Assembly (NCBI GenBank): GCA_963740315.1
Contig: CAVUDP010000001.1
Span: forward strand, 736,001-800,000
Source: an uncultured cyanobacterium
GTDB taxonomy: Bacteria > Cyanobacteriota > Cyanobacteriia > Cyanobacteriales > Nostocaceae
DNA length: 64,000 nucleotides
Direction: 5' to 3'
Positions 1-10,285 of this stretch are shown piece by piece. Every line of letters begins with the position of its first letter. Position 1 is the first letter of the stretch. The notes below the pieces were generated by a model. The model made no database searches. It had not been told where the DNA came from and saw only the letters and a program-made list of their open reading frames with translations. The translations under genes and the position numbers were made by a program.

Positions 1-323
1 AAATGTCCGCCGCAGTTGCTGCAATGAACTTCGGTTCTGGTCATAAACAACTTTCTATCTTCCGTTGTCTCGATCGCATCATCTATAGGTGCGTAAAAAC
101 TGGGCCAGCCAGTACCGCTGTTGAACTTAGTTTCCGATGTAAACAAAGACTGACCGCAACCAGCACATACGTAAGTCCCTTTGCCATAATTTTTATCTAA
201 CTGACTCGTACCAGCACGTTCGGTACCGTGTTTCCGCAAAACTTGAAACTGTTCTGGTGTCAAATCTTGCTTCCATTCTTCTTCAGTTTTACTAAGTTTG
301 AATTGACTATTTGAAGTTGTCAT
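1..323 (-). CDS. msrB: Peptide-methionine (R)-S-oxide reductase MsrB (3' end runs off the window)
   Basis: Not in the ORF track. Manual translation from ATG 323: MTTSNSQFKLSKTEEEWKQDLTPEQFQVLRKHGTERAG...YVCAGCGQSLFTSETKFNSGTGWPSF...RTEVHCSNCGGH, giving two CxxC Zn motifs and the SGTGWPSF signature. Confidence 0.95.
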   Translation of the reverse strand, partial: MTTSNSQFKLSKTEEEWKQDLTPEQFQVLRKHGTERAGTSQLDKNYGKGTYVCAGCGQSLFTSETKFNSGTGWPSFYAPIDDAIETTEDRKLFMTRTEVHCSNCGGH

Positions 324-397
324 AGTTGCTAAAATTCCGAAAAAACAGCCTAATAACTATATTCAAACGCAAAATTGAGTTACATAACACTATCTTA

Positions 398-545
398 AGA
401 TGGGGAGAGGGGGGGAGATGGGGAGATGGGGAGAGGGGGAGATGGGGAGATGGGGAGAGGGGGAGAGGGGGTAGAGGGGGGAGAAAAAATAATAAAAAAC
501 TCCTAACTCCTAACTCCTAACTATCAATGCCCAATTCCCAATTCT
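398..545. repeat. Composite short tandem repeat: G-rich (GGGGAGAT/GGGGGTAGA) arm, A-rich spacer, CTCCTAA heptamer arm
   Basis: Read directly in the msrB-gatC intergenic region. Confidence 0.9.
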
Positions 546-836
546 TTATTCTTGATTCATGATTTTTGGAACTTTGAAATATTCGCCTTCTTGCTCTGGG
601 GCACTTTGGAGAATTCCTTCTCTATTAGGGTAAGGTTGTAGATTGTCTTCGCGTGTCACGTTGCTGACATCGATCGCTCTGGTTGTGGGTTCTACGTTGG
701 TAACGTCTAATTCGCTCAATTGCTCGAAGTAGTCTATGATATCGCCTAATTGAGCGGTGAATTTTTCTTCTTCTTCTGCTGTTAATTCTAAACGGGCAAG
801 ATGAGCTACTTTACGTACTTGTTCGCGATCGATCAT
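546..836 (-). CDS. gatC: Asp-tRNA(Asn)/Glu-tRNA(Gln) amidotransferase subunit C
   Basis: 96 aa; [10 protein letters not shown] start and FKVPKI end, typical of GatC. Confidence 0.97.
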   Translation of the reverse strand: MIDREQVRKVAHLARLELTAEEEEKFTAQLGDIIDYFEQLSELDVTNVEPTTRAIDVSNVTREDNLQPYPNREGILQSAPEQEGEYFKVPKIMNQE

Positions 837-975
837 TTTTTTCTCGGTGATAAATTAATCAGTAAACATAGGATAGACGGGCAAAATACCCATCCCACAA
901 AACCATCATAAACCTTGTGGTAGAGGCATCCCGCCCATTTTTAACAACTAACGACTAACAACTAACAACTAACAA

Positions 976-1497
976 CTAAAAATATACGTCAATTTGCGAT
1001 CGCCCTGTGGTTTTGAGCCAGTTTTGGGCTTCGATGTAGTTGTTGGGAGCCATGCGAATCGCTCGAATCCAGTAATCTGCGGCTCGATCGAACAGCGCTT
1101 CTCCACCATCTTCATCCCCGTCTTCTTTGGCTCTTTCACCTTTGTATTGGAAAATAACGGCGATGTTATTCAAAGCTTGGGGTAGACGGGGATTGTATTC
1201 TATAGCTTGATGATATAGTTCTAGCGCTCGATCGTGGTCGCCGTTACTAGCGTAAATTAACCCCATATTATAGAGGATATAGCTTTTGTCGGTAACGTCT
1301 TCTTCGAGTTCTAAAGCTTCCTCATAGTTGTCCAAAGCTTCGGCGTATTCACCATCTGCTTGGGCTGACATCCCATCTCGATAATAAACAAACGCTTCTT
1401 TAGCTTTTTTATCAGCTGGCAGAAGTTTCAATATCAGGTCTGCCATTACTGTAAAGGATTTGTCGATAAAATTATCGTTTTTCTGAGTTCTTGGCAT
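976..1497 (-). CDS. ycf3: Photosystem I assembly protein Ycf3
   Basis: [13 protein letters not shown] start, YYRDGMSAQ, three TPRs, [12 protein letters not shown]. Confidence 0.97.
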   Translation of the reverse strand: MPRTQKNDNFIDKSFTVMADLILKLLPADKKAKEAFVYYRDGMSAQADGEYAEALDNYEEALELEEDVTDKSYILYNMGLIYASNGDHDRALELYHQAIEYNPRLPQALNNIAVIFQYKGERAKEDGDEDGGEALFDRAADYWIRAIRMAPNNYIEAQNWLKTTGRSQIDVYF

Positions 1498-1634
1498 ATC
1501 TAATCATAATTATGATGGCTTTTAATAATTATCAGCGATCGCCCTCCTAATGAGGTTCATCTGTTATCTCTTGTAACAACTACACCAAGAAAGCGCTAAC
1601 TGCCATCCTGAATAAAGTGATATATATTTCGTAA

Positions 1635-2327
1635 TTATTGATATTTTTTTTCTTTTTCTGGTGTAATGCACTCCGGACTGCTATGATTCGGATTATTAAC
1701 TTTTATACTAACTTCGTAAGCACTCATTCGATCGGATGGGTAAGGTTGCAGTAGTTCCTGTAATTGTTCGGTTTTTTGTAGTTGTGGATCTAACCACTTT
1801 TCATAATCTTTTGAAAGGAGAATAACCGGCATTCGATTATGAATTGGTTGCAATAATTCGTTAGCATCTGTAGTCACAATTGTACAAGAAGTTATCTTTT
1901 CGTCATCATCCGATTGCCATTCTTCCCACAAACCTGCAAATGCGAAAGGCTGTTTATCTTGTAACTGAAAATAATACGGCTGTTTTTTGGTTTCGAGGCG
2001 TTTCCATTCGTAAAAGCCATCCGCAAGCACTAAAGCGCGTCTGCGTTTAAAAGCAGAACGGAAAGAAGGTTTTTCTGCCACTGTTTCCGCTCTGGCATTA
2101 ATCATTCTTGCTCCCATTTTTTTATCTTTAGCCCAACTTGGAATCAACCCCCAACGGAGCGATCGGCATTCACGTTGTTCGCTTTCGGAATTATATAAAA
2201 CAGTTGCTACCATTTGCGTTGGTGCAATATTATATCGCGGCTCAAACTGGCAATTACTTGTATCGGAAATGTTAAAGGCTTTACTTAACTTATCCGCTTC
2301 CGCAATCAAAGTAAATCTTCCACACAT
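1635..2327 (-). CDS. SOS response-associated peptidase (SRAP/YedK/HMCES family)
   Basis: N-terminal MCGRF (catalytic Cys2), RYNIAPTQ, INARAET, DGFYEW, IHNRMPVIL. Confidence 0.95.
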   Translation of the reverse strand: MCGRFTLIAEADKLSKAFNISDTSNCQFEPRYNIAPTQMVATVLYNSESEQRECRSLRWGLIPSWAKDKKMGARMINARAETVAEKPSFRSAFKRRRALVLADGFYEWKRLETKKQPYYFQLQDKQPFAFAGLWEEWQSDDDEKITSCTIVTTDANELLQPIHNRMPVILLSKDYEKWLDPQLQKTEQLQELLQPYPSDRMSAYEVSIKVNNPNHSSPECITPEKEKKYQ

Positions 2328-2674
2328 ATTTTTTCTTGCTTGAATATTACAGGTCTTTTATTGAAAATAAGATAACAATTACGTCGGCTCAAAAATCTAT
2401 CTAAAGGAGTAATTATCAAACATATCGCGAAAAAATTATAGGTATCTTTCAAAACTCGAAGTTAAAAATATGTCATAAATTCGGTATTTAATTTAGCAAT
2501 AGTCCAAATATGTTGGTAAAAGAAATAATCCTTGTATCATTTTTATGTAAGAATAAAATTAGTTATAAAATTGGATAAATTATAAAAATTTTATAATTAA
2601 TATTTTCTTTTTTGAACAATATATTATAATTTAAAACTCAATTAAATAATCACTTCATTTTGATATTTTTTGGC

Positions 2675-3286
2675 ATGGAAACCCTGCGTTTGTATGATTT
2701 TTTACCATCAGGTAATGGCTATAAGATACGCTTGTTATTGACGCAAATTGGTATGCCGTTTGAGAGGATAGAGATAAATATATTAGAAGGAGAAAGTAGA
2801 ACCACCAAATTTTTAAGCATAAATCCGAACGGTAAAATACCAGTTTTAGAAATTAGCGAGGGTAAATACTTAGCAGAATCAAACGCAATATTAATGTTTC
2901 TGAGTGAAGGAACGGAATTTTTACCTTATGACCGTTTTTTAAAAGCACGGGTATTGCAATGGTTATTTTTTGAACAGTACAGTCACGAGCCATTTATAGC
3001 TACGTCTAGATATTGGATTTCTATTTTAGGTAAAGCAGACGAGTATAAAGAAGCATTAAAAGAAAAACACGAACGCGGTTATGCAGCGCTTGAGGTAATG
3101 GAAAATCATTTAACCGAGAAAACTTTCTTTGTTGGAGAGCGTTATACCATTGCTGATATTGCTTTATTCGCTTATACCCACGTTGCGGATGAAGGAGGGT
3201 TTGATTTAAGTAAATTCAAGGCAATTCAAGCTTGGATAGAAAGAGTCAAAGCGGAACCAGGATTTATTGGTATTAGTAAAGGGTAG
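2675..3286 (+). CDS. Glutathione S-transferase family protein
   Basis: SGNGYK, NPNGKIPVL, LAESNAIL, YTIADIAL; ATG 2675 preferred over the upstream TTG. Confidence 0.93.
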   Translation: METLRLYDFLPSGNGYKIRLLLTQIGMPFERIEINILEGESRTTKFLSINPNGKIPVLEISEGKYLAESNAILMFLSEGTEFLPYDRFLKARVLQWLFFEQYSHEPFIATSRYWISILGKADEYKEALKEKHERGYAALEVMENHLTEKTFFVGERYTIADIALFAYTHVADEGGFDLSKFKAIQAWIERVKAEPGFIGISKG

Positions 3287-3330
3287 ATGGGGGGATGGGG
3301 GAGAGGAAGTAGAGGGGGTAGATAATTTTC

Positions 3331-3415
3331 AACTCCTAACTCCGGTGGTCCTCACTCCTCACTCCGGTGGTCCTCACTCCTAACTCCGGTGGTCCTAACT
3401 CCGGTGGTCCTAACT
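3331..3415. repeat. Tandem ~22-bp repeat (ACTCCTAACTCCGGTGGTCCTC) built on the CTCCTAA heptamer
   Basis: Four copies of ACTCCGGTGGTCCT; the last overlaps the TAG stop of the GNAT gene. Confidence 0.85.
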
Positions 3416-3862
3416 GTTCCCTATTCCGTTTTTCAACATGGTTACATGAAGTACACCTGTCTTTTTTGATGGATATTCTCGGCTCACAACTTCAAAGCCA
3501 AATTTACGATAAAAATCAACTGCGGTGGTGCGTGCTTCTAAAATAATCGATCGCGCTGCTTCCATTTTCGCTTTATCAATTAAAGCTTGCATTATCGTTT
3601 TACCTAAACCTTTTTTTTGATAGCTTGGCTCAACTACCATCTGATGTATTTGATAAACTTTGTTTTCACCCGGTGTCAATATTCCGTAAGCTATAACTTT
3701 GTTGGTATTTTCTTCTTTAATAACCGCGTGAATGGCGATCGATTCGCGATGATAATATACTGTTGAAAAAGGTAAATTATGTTCTGCAAAAAAAAGTTTA
3801 TATCTTAATTTGCAAGCTTGGAGATATTCGGGGCTGTTGGTGTCTATAAATTTAAGCTGCAT
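3410..3862 (-). CDS. GNAT family N-acetyltransferase
   Basis: QMVVEPSYQKKGLG acetyl-CoA motif A; AVDFYRKFGF. Confidence 0.9.
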   Translation of the reverse strand: MQLKFIDTNSPEYLQACKLRYKLFFAEHNLPFSTVYYHRESIAIHAVIKEENTNKVIAYGILTPGENKVYQIHQMVVEPSYQKKGLGKTIMQALIDKAKMEAARSIILEARTTAVDFYRKFGFEVVSREYPSKKTGVLHVTMLKNGIGNS

Positions 3863-3887
3863 TGTCTGATTTTATATTTAACTAAGC

Positions 3888-3925
3888 AAAAGAAAAAGCC
3901 TTGAAACTAATTTCAAGGCTGTTTT
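3888..3925 (-). terminator. Intrinsic terminator downstream of the lipoxygenase gene
   Basis: Perfect hairpin AGCCTTGAAA-4nt-TTTCAAGGCT followed by a U-tract on the minus strand. Confidence 0.75.
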
Positions 3926-3966
3926 ATAAAAAGTGCGGTTTATTCTTTTTTTATGCTTGACTACTT

Positions 3967-5805
3967 CTAAAAACTTGTACTATTGGGTATCTTAGAGGGA
4001 AGAAAAACGGGGTAGCATTCTTGACGACGTTTATTTCGTGCTTCAATCCTTCTTTCTACTACTTCTAAGCGATTCTGCAAACCTTTAAGAACTCTAATAG
4101 CTCTGGGATCTTGAAAGCTGTTTTTACCGAAATCTGTAAATGCTTTAGGGTCAAATTTAGCACTAATGTTAGCTATAAGTTGAATTTGAGCTAAAGCTAG
4201 TTTTGTTTCTGGTAGAAAAGCGATTAAGCTATTTTCCGAGGTGAATTTCCCTTTAGCTGTAGGAATAGGCTGGTAAAGCGCTCCAGGCATATTGGGAATA
4301 AAAGCCATATATTGATATTGAACCAAAGCGATAGCTGAGTGTTGCGGACTTGCGGTAAAAATAATTGTTGTTAAAATTTCTATTAATTGGTCGCGGTTTA
4401 TCAACTTTGCTGGTAGAGAAGATACACCAAAACCACCTTCATTAACGGGTTTTCGTAAAGCTTCGATCCAATTTTGTAGCTCGAAATCCTGCCGCACATC
4501 GTGGTTCGATTTGTAATAAATTCCGATATATCGACTTATATAGTCTTCCAAGGTGTTCCAAAGCAGCAACCCATCGTCTCGATAGGGAAAATCTCTCAAT
4601 GTAGAAGGATTATCTACACCCCGTTGGCGTAAATTATTGGGGAGAGCAAAGCTGCTGAAATTGTTGAAAAAGTCAGATACACCTCGTTCGGTAAGTTTGA
4701 GCGAGCTTTCCAAAGTGCCGGGAAAGATTACATCTACTAATCCTCCTGGATTGATCAACACTTCATCACCACGGCTATTAGTTGCCATTATGAACTCAAA
4801 GTGAGGCTTTAAAAGGACGTTTACGGGATGGCGAGCGGCGAGTTCCCTTACTGTCGCTAAAGCTATTGGTTCCATTACTAAATGAATTTGTCCCAAGTGC
4901 CGGTAAAGTTCATGCACGTAAAGATCGGCAGTCTGGGCAATTAGCTTGGCGAGCTGCCATTCAACACCATCCAAAGGCGTGCAAAGCAAACTTTCTCCTG
5001 GTACCTGCCCTAATTGAATCACAATGGGAATTAATTGAAAGCCACTGCGTCTTTTATCAGCAAAATAAAGCGCAATTGGGGCACTGAGAAATCTATTCTC
5101 TTGCGGTTGAACGCTCTCAAGTATCTCATAATCGGTAACAAACAAACCACCTTCTCGAATAGCTCCCTCAAGAGTTTGATTAATGCGTTTTCTGCCAGTA
5201 TATGCACTTAACACGGCTTGAAAAATCTCATCCGTTATCGCAAGTTTATCTTGAAGATTGTAATCAAGGGCTAGAACATTCCTCAATTCCATTGGATTGG
5301 GACCAGAAAGTCGCTGTTGGGCAAATACATCATCGCTGCGGAAATCTTGAGCAATATCGGGTAACGGTAAAACGGGAAACAGTGCCGCGTAGTCATCCAA
5401 GCTTTGGAATGGTTTTGGATTATCCAGAAATGCTTGTTGATTGGCTGCTGTTTTTTCCGATAAAGTTACTCGATTATCGTTATATCCGTCAGAAAATGCT
5501 TCTTGCTCGGGTAGAGTCTCGACTCTGGGTGAATTTGGTAGTCGTAACTCTAACTGATATTCTTCGCGAGTCTGTTGCAACTGCATTTGTCGTTCTTGTT
5601 GAGTTACGCTTGAATCCTTCTGAGGCAAGGTTGGGATGGTGGGATTATCTGGAGGTTCGGGTGTTGGAGGTTCGGTGTCATTTTCTAGTAAAGTTTCTAA
5701 ACCAGAAGTACAAGTTAGAGCCATCAGCGCCATCATGGTACGGCGCGAAAAAACGTACTGCTCGACTAACTCTTGTCGTTTTTGGTTTGGAGTTAACTTT
5801 CGCAT
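3967..5805 (-). CDS. Lipoxygenase family protein
   Basis: FAQQRLSGPNP, WQLAK, HELYRHLGQIHLVMEP iron-His cluster, HPVNVLLKPHF, FPYRDDGLLLW, PQHSA, PNMP; C-terminus IPNSTSF. Confidence 0.93.
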   Translation of the reverse strand: MRKLTPNQKRQELVEQYVFSRRTMMALMALTCTSGLETLLENDTEPPTPEPPDNPTIPTLPQKDSSVTQQERQMQLQQTREEYQLELRLPNSPRVETLPEQEAFSDGYNDNRVTLSEKTAANQQAFLDNPKPFQSLDDYAALFPVLPLPDIAQDFRSDDVFAQQRLSGPNPMELRNVLALDYNLQDKLAITDEIFQAVLSAYTGRKRINQTLEGAIREGGLFVTDYEILESVQPQENRFLSAPIALYFADKRRSGFQLIPIVIQLGQVPGESLLCTPLDGVEWQLAKLIAQTADLYVHELYRHLGQIHLVMEPIALATVRELAARHPVNVLLKPHFEFIMATNSRGDEVLINPGGLVDVIFPGTLESSLKLTERGVSDFFNNFSSFALPNNLRQRGVDNPSTLRDFPYRDDGLLLWNTLEDYISRYIGIYYKSNHDVRQDFELQNWIEALRKPVNEGGFGVSSLPAKLINRDQLIEILTTIIFTASPQHSAIALVQYQYMAFIPNMPGALYQPIPTAKGKFTSENSLIAFLPETKLALAQIQLIANISAKFDPKAFTDFGKNSFQDPRAIRVLKGLQNRLEVVERRIEARNKRRQECYPVFLPSKIPNSTSF

Positions 5806-5995
5806 TTTTCTTTTCCCCTATAAAATTAGCAGTCCTTTATATCTTTATGGGTATTATTACTTCAAAATATGCACTAATCAAAAAAAAATAGTCACAAAAT
5901 ATTGATGGTAAAAATTACAATCAGTAATAATTACTTCAAAACTTCGCATTCAATTGCAATAATCTATACATTGATTAGTAGTAAATATTAAATAG

Positions 5996-6733
5996 TTAAA
6001 ATACGGTCTTTTCAAAAAACAATAAAGACAAAAAGAAATCCAGTATAAAAATTGTTACCCAACTGCTGACAACAGCTTTAGTTGAAGATTCTCCAACTTC
6101 CTTCGCACCTCCACAAGTTGCTAAACCGTGACTGCAACCAATAAAAGCAACTAAAATTCCAAAAATAAAACCTTTGAGCAAAATAATATATAAATCAGAT
6201 GGTTCTAGAAAATCTCTCACCGATTCTAAAAATACCTCTGGAGCTACTTCATAAAACCCTGCTGCGGCAAAAATTCCACCGATGATTCCAATCGTCAAAG
6301 AAAAAAGAGTTAATATTGGTAATATTAAACAGCAAGCAATTACTCTCGGAAGAACTAAATAATCAATAGGATTAGTTCTCAACATATAAAGCGCATCAAC
6401 TTGTTCGGTAACAATCATTGCACCTATTTCCGCAGCAAAAGCCGAACCCACTTGCCCAGCAACTATACTAGCCGTTAAAATTGGGGCTAATTCTCGACAG
6501 AAAGCTAAAGCAAAAGCACCACCAACAGCATTAACTGCTCCAAACCTAACTAATTCTCTTGCAGTTTGAATCGTAAAAATCATACCTGCAAAAAAGCTTA
6601 CCAGTAGCACCGGCGAAAGCGAACCCGGTCCGACTTTCACCATATGTTCTAAAACATTGCGGTAACAGGTTCTCCCTTGTAACAAACGCAACCAAACTTG
6701 ACCAAATAGCAATAGAGCGGAAATAAAACGCAC
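5996..6733 (-). CDS. mlaE: MlaE-family lipid ABC transporter permease
   Basis: RELAPILTA, AGQVGSAFAAEIGAM, EQVDAL..L..NPIDYLVLPRV, GGAKEVGESSTKAVV. Confidence 0.9.
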   Translation of the reverse strand: MRFISALLLFGQVWLRLLQGRTCYRNVLEHMVKVGPGSLSPVLLVSFFAGMIFTIQTARELVRFGAVNAVGGAFALAFCRELAPILTASIVAGQVGSAFAAEIGAMIVTEQVDALYMLRTNPIDYLVLPRVIACCLILPILTLFSLTIGIIGGIFAAAGFYEVAPEVFLESVRDFLEPSDLYIILLKGFIFGILVAFIGCSHGLATCGGAKEVGESSTKAVVSSWVTIFILDFFLSLLFFEKTVF

Positions 6734-6866
6734 AACTTATATTTCTTGCTTTTGGTTGCAATTTTACAGCTATTCACTATTTAGATGCGAATAATATTAT
6801 GGGGAGTAGGGAGTAGGGAGTAGGGAATGAGGAATGGGGAAAAGGCAAATAAATGTAGGGTTGCCT

Positions 6867-7094
6867 TTATTCATCTGTATCAATTTCAATCAACTTTTGA
6901 CGCGAGGAAGCACCAGATTTAATCCGGATATAAGATTTCGGTACCTTAAACTTTTTTGACAACACTTTGATTAACTCTTCATTAGCCTTACCATCTACAG
7001 GTGGCGATTTTAAATATATGGTAAGACTACCATCAACTTCATCGATAATTTTTTGTTGTTTAGAATTCGGTTTAACTTTAACTCTTTGTTGCAT
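6867..7094 (-). CDS. DUF167 (YggU/UPF0235) protein
   Basis: [26 protein letters not shown]. Confidence 0.92.
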   Translation of the reverse strand: MQQRVKVKPNSKQQKIIDEVDGSLTIYLKSPPVDGKANEELIKVLSKKFKVPKSYIRIKSGASSRQKLIEIDTDE

Positions 7095-7233
7095 AAATTA
7101 AAAATTAGGAATTGGGCATTGGGCATAGGGCATGGATAATTAAATTAATATGTAAAAAGTGCGCTATTTACTATAACGCACCTAAACAATTTATAACTGA
7201 TGAACCACTGCTAACTGTTAACTGCTAACTGAA

Positions 7234-7779
7234 TTAAAGTTGTCCTGGATTACCGTTACCAATTACAGAAATTTTATGTCGATAAACTAATTCGCCACCG
7301 TACCAACCGGAAACACCAAGAAGTGTAGCTACGACAGTTGAAAGTCCTAATCCCCAAGGTAATACCGCTCCTGCGGGAGAACCCAAGCGCAATACTAAAT
7401 TGATTAAAGTTAATAATAGAGCTGCTATATTAAGAGCCATATGCGCCCAACCAGCAGTGCGTAAACGGGTTCTTCCTATTCTGAAAAAGTCCAACATTCC
7501 AGTTATAGCAGCCAAAATACCGGCTGCAAAACCACCTATGATTAAATAGAAAGCTGCTCTTGCCCAAAAGACATCATTAGTGAACCAGAAAATACCATCT
7601 GATAAAAACGCACCAACTAAAAAAGCAATGGGAAATTGTACAAGAATCGGGTGAATTGGATGTCCTAAAACAGCTACAGTACTAGGTACGCCAGCATCCC
7701 GAAATTCTCTATCGTCTGTCTCCAAAACATTAGGAATATTAGGATATGGAGATGTTCTTCTGTCTTGAGTTTCTGTCAT
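7234..7779 (-). CDS. DUF2231-type membrane protein
   Basis: GHPIHPILVQFPIA, four TM helices, GWAHM..N, GWYGGELVY. Confidence 0.85.
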   Translation of the reverse strand: MTETQDRRTSPYPNIPNVLETDDREFRDAGVPSTVAVLGHPIHPILVQFPIAFLVGAFLSDGIFWFTNDVFWARAAFYLIIGGFAAGILAAITGMLDFFRIGRTRLRTAGWAHMALNIAALLLTLINLVLRLGSPAGAVLPWGLGLSTVVATLLGVSGWYGGELVYRHKISVIGNGNPGQL

Positions 7780-7857
7780 GATTAATTAAAGATTAAAGGG
7801 TAAATAAATTTTGGATTTTGGATTTTGGATTTTGGATTATTAGTTAAAGGTAACTGA

Positions 7858-8598
7858 TTACTCAGTGGGGATTTTTTCGACGTAAGCTTCGGCTTGCATG
7901 ATTAATTTTCCAGCTTCTACATCTAAACTTTTGACTGTTAAATCCATTCCTTCCAAATCAAAGTTGCTTAGATTTAATAATTCGCTGGTTTGATTTACTA
8001 ATGCTTGTGTTAATTCAGGCGAAGTTTCTTCTTTATTACCATAATCAACATTTTCTAAAGTTACAGTTTTACCATCACTACTTACACGGGGTACTGCGGA
8101 AAATGCAACTTTATGTGTTTCGCCTGATTCTTTTAATATTAAAGTGGCTTCTAACTCTACTTTGCCACCACCAGGTAAACGAAAATCTACTTTTCGAGGG
8201 ACAATACTTGTAGATTTTCCATTAATATTAATTTTCTGGCTCATTAACTGTTGCTGCACGTATTCAGAATAGAAAGCGCGATTAATATCTTCTTCTAATA
8301 AAACAACTCGCGTACTACCTTTAGCGGGTTTGGTAAGTTCAATTTTCCCAAAAGCTGCTTTCATAGGATTGATAGCCACATCATCAATGTGCATATCTAA
8401 TTCTTCCATACGAAGGTCTTTATTCATTACCAAACCGTCGCCATCAATATCAACCGATTCTACCTCACCCTGAACCGCACTTATAGCATCTGTTTTGATA
8501 TCAACGTCTAAATCTTCTACTTCATCCAACTGACTAGACATTCCGACTTCTGCGGCTTTATTGAGAGCTTCTTCGCCTAATCCTTTAGTTTCTGGCAT
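7858..8598 (-). CDS. DUF2993 / LmeA-like lipid-binding protein
   Basis: Acidic beta-rich protein, AAEVGMSSQLDEVE, LEEDINRAF; start placed at MPETK. Confidence 0.75.
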   Translation of the reverse strand: MPETKGLGEEALNKAAEVGMSSQLDEVEDLDVDIKTDAISAVQGEVESVDIDGDGLVMNKDLRMEELDMHIDDVAINPMKAAFGKIELTKPAKGSTRVVLLEEDINRAFYSEYVQQQLMSQKININGKSTSIVPRKVDFRLPGGGKVELEATLILKESGETHKVAFSAVPRVSSDGKTVTLENVDYGNKEETSPELTQALVNQTSELLNLSNFDLEGMDLTVKSLDVEAGKLIMQAEAYVEKIPTE

Positions 8599-8817
8599 TA
8601 TTATGATACCTTCTCTAATCAAAGTTTCCTTAAGTCAATTTATGAGATTTATGACAAAAAGTTATCTCCCTAATGGGGTAAGGAAGGTTGTATATTTATC
8701 TGTCTAAAAGGATAAATTTGATTTTATAAGCATGAAAGCTGAAATCATATTTTGTTGGGTGTATATTATAGATGTATTTGATGATATTGAGTGTTTTTGA
8801 CAAAAAAATCAACAATT

Positions 8818-8849
8818 AAAACCCCTTCCCGGAAGTTGAGAAGGGGTTA
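8818..8849 (-). terminator. Probable intrinsic terminator
   Basis: AACCCCTTC...GAAGGGGTT hairpin with a short U-run on the minus strand, after the Rpn-like relic. Confidence 0.55.
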
Positions 8850-8880
8850 AAAATATATTGAGTTAATTCAGATGATTAGA

Positions 8881-9388
8881 CTATTGATAAATTTCTCGTA
8901 TTTCTTGTAAGGTATTTTTAGTTTTAATTCCAGTAAGAATTGCTCTTAACAGATTCACATCTTGTATTTGATAAATTTCTGGTAAAAGTTCTAAACTCTC
9001 TGCACCGAATTTAACTTCTAAAAGTGCTTCAATACCTTCAAGTATTCCTTCTTTTTTACCTTTTTGAATTCCCCTTTGCTCTACACTAGTTACATAAGGC
9101 ATTCTTTTGTTCTCCTCACCCAACGGTTACTTCATCCCAAAAACTAATTTCTAATTCTTCAGGTAATTTCATCACCCAATCGATAAAGTGAAATAGGTTG
9201 ATGATATCTTCTCTCTGATAACCTTTTTCGTAAAGTTGTTTCGTTAAATAAAGCTTCCATCGTTTGCGTACTTCGCTATCTTGACGGGTTTCCTTAGCCT
9301 TCAAATGCGCCATTACTACTGTAGCAAAGGGATTTGAACTGGTTTCTAATTGATTCCATTGTTCGGCGTAATCAAGTAATTTGACAAT
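8881..9388 (-). pseudogene. 5'-truncated, frameshifted Rpn/putative-transposase-like (cyanobacterial 'cytosolic protein') relic
   Basis: Reading frame IVKLLDYAEQWNQLETSSNPFATVVMAHLK...FIDWVMKLP, frameshift near 9120, then MPYVTSVEQRG...LEVKFG. No start codon or N-terminal half. Confidence 0.8.
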
Positions 9389-9402
9389 TCATTCGGATTA
9401 TA

Positions 9403-9428
9403 TTAGCGAGCAAGATGCTCGCACTACG
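9403..9428. repeat. REP-like palindrome (TAGCGAGCAAGATGCTCGCACTAC)
   Basis: GCGAGCA/TGCTCGC hairpin ending in CTAC (GTAG on the minus strand), close to the truncation point of the relic. Confidence 0.65.
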
Positions 9429-9498
9429 AATTTGAAAATTTGGGATGCTCCATAAATTTGGTTGTAATTCTAATCTTAATTACTTTTTAATTTTTTAA

Positions 9499-10278
9499 TT
9501 ATCTCAATCCCTTCTCTTTCAAAACCCCATCCACCCAAACTTTATTCTCTTCACTCAACTTAGGCACTGCTTCTTGGCTGTAATCTATCACTAAATCGTA
9601 ACTAGCTCTGTCATAAATACCGTTAATTAAATCTTGTAAATCAATAATAGGTTCTCGATCGCCCTCGCGCAAAGGTAAAGGAAATGTGGGAATAGTTTCT
9701 TTTAAATTAAATGCATATAAATCGGCTTTCGGACGCTTATAACTGCGACTAACTAATATGCGATAATCACTTTGAATATCATTATCCAACATTGCCATCG
9801 GTTCACCAGTACGTAACAAGTCAATTTCAATCAAATGCGTTGAACTTGTTAATACTCTGTTTCTTTTGATTTCGTATGCATTTCTTCCTTCTCCAGTACG
9901 TTTATTTTTAGGAGAAAGTACTTCAATTACTGCTACAACTTCTTTTGTTCCAACTTTTCGCACTTCTAAATATCTTTCTTTAACTGTTTGGGGGATAGGA
10001 AGCGTTACTGTTGATGGCTGAGTAGAAGTTGTTGCGATCGCAACTTCTGCTTGCGAATTAGTTGCTGTTTGCGATCGTTGTACTACGACATCAGGAATAC
10101 CAACTAGAATATCATCAGATGTAGTTTCATAGACTCGTTCTTCAATTGCTATAAAATATTTAGGACGTACTTGAGGTGATAAAACATCTGCTAAAAATAC
10201 AATGATACGTCCATGAATACCCGACCAAAATTCGGGGCTTTCTAAATATGGGTTCATTCCCGGAAATGGAGAAGACAT
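9499..10278 (-). CDS. DUF4058 family protein (PD-(D/E)xK-like), copy 1
   Basis: MSSPFPGMNPYLE start, GIPDV, YLEVR, IEVLSPKNK, HLIEIDLLR. Confidence 0.9.
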   Translation of the reverse strand: MSSPFPGMNPYLESPEFWSGIHGRIIVFLADVLSPQVRPKYFIAIEERVYETTSDDILVGIPDVVVQRSQTATNSQAEVAIATTSTQPSTVTLPIPQTVKERYLEVRKVGTKEVVAVIEVLSPKNKRTGEGRNAYEIKRNRVLTSSTHLIEIDLLRTGEPMAMLDNDIQSDYRILVSRSYKRPKADLYAFNLKETIPTFPLPLREGDREPIIDLQDLINGIYDRASYDLVIDYSQEAVPKLSEENKVWVDGVLKEKGLR

Positions 10279-10285
10279 AAGTAAT

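Noticed and set aside
3..200. 65-aa plus-strand ORF
   Set aside because: Antisense shadow of msrB.
326..520. ORF with WGDGERG repeats
   Set aside because: Translation of the G-rich tandem repeat; same for ORFs 17210-17410, 43743-44228, 43754-43939, 50314-50610 and 51781-52005.
5202..5891. 229-aa ORF antisense to the lipoxygenase
   Set aside because: No recognisable motifs; mostly overlaps a well-supported gene on the other strand.
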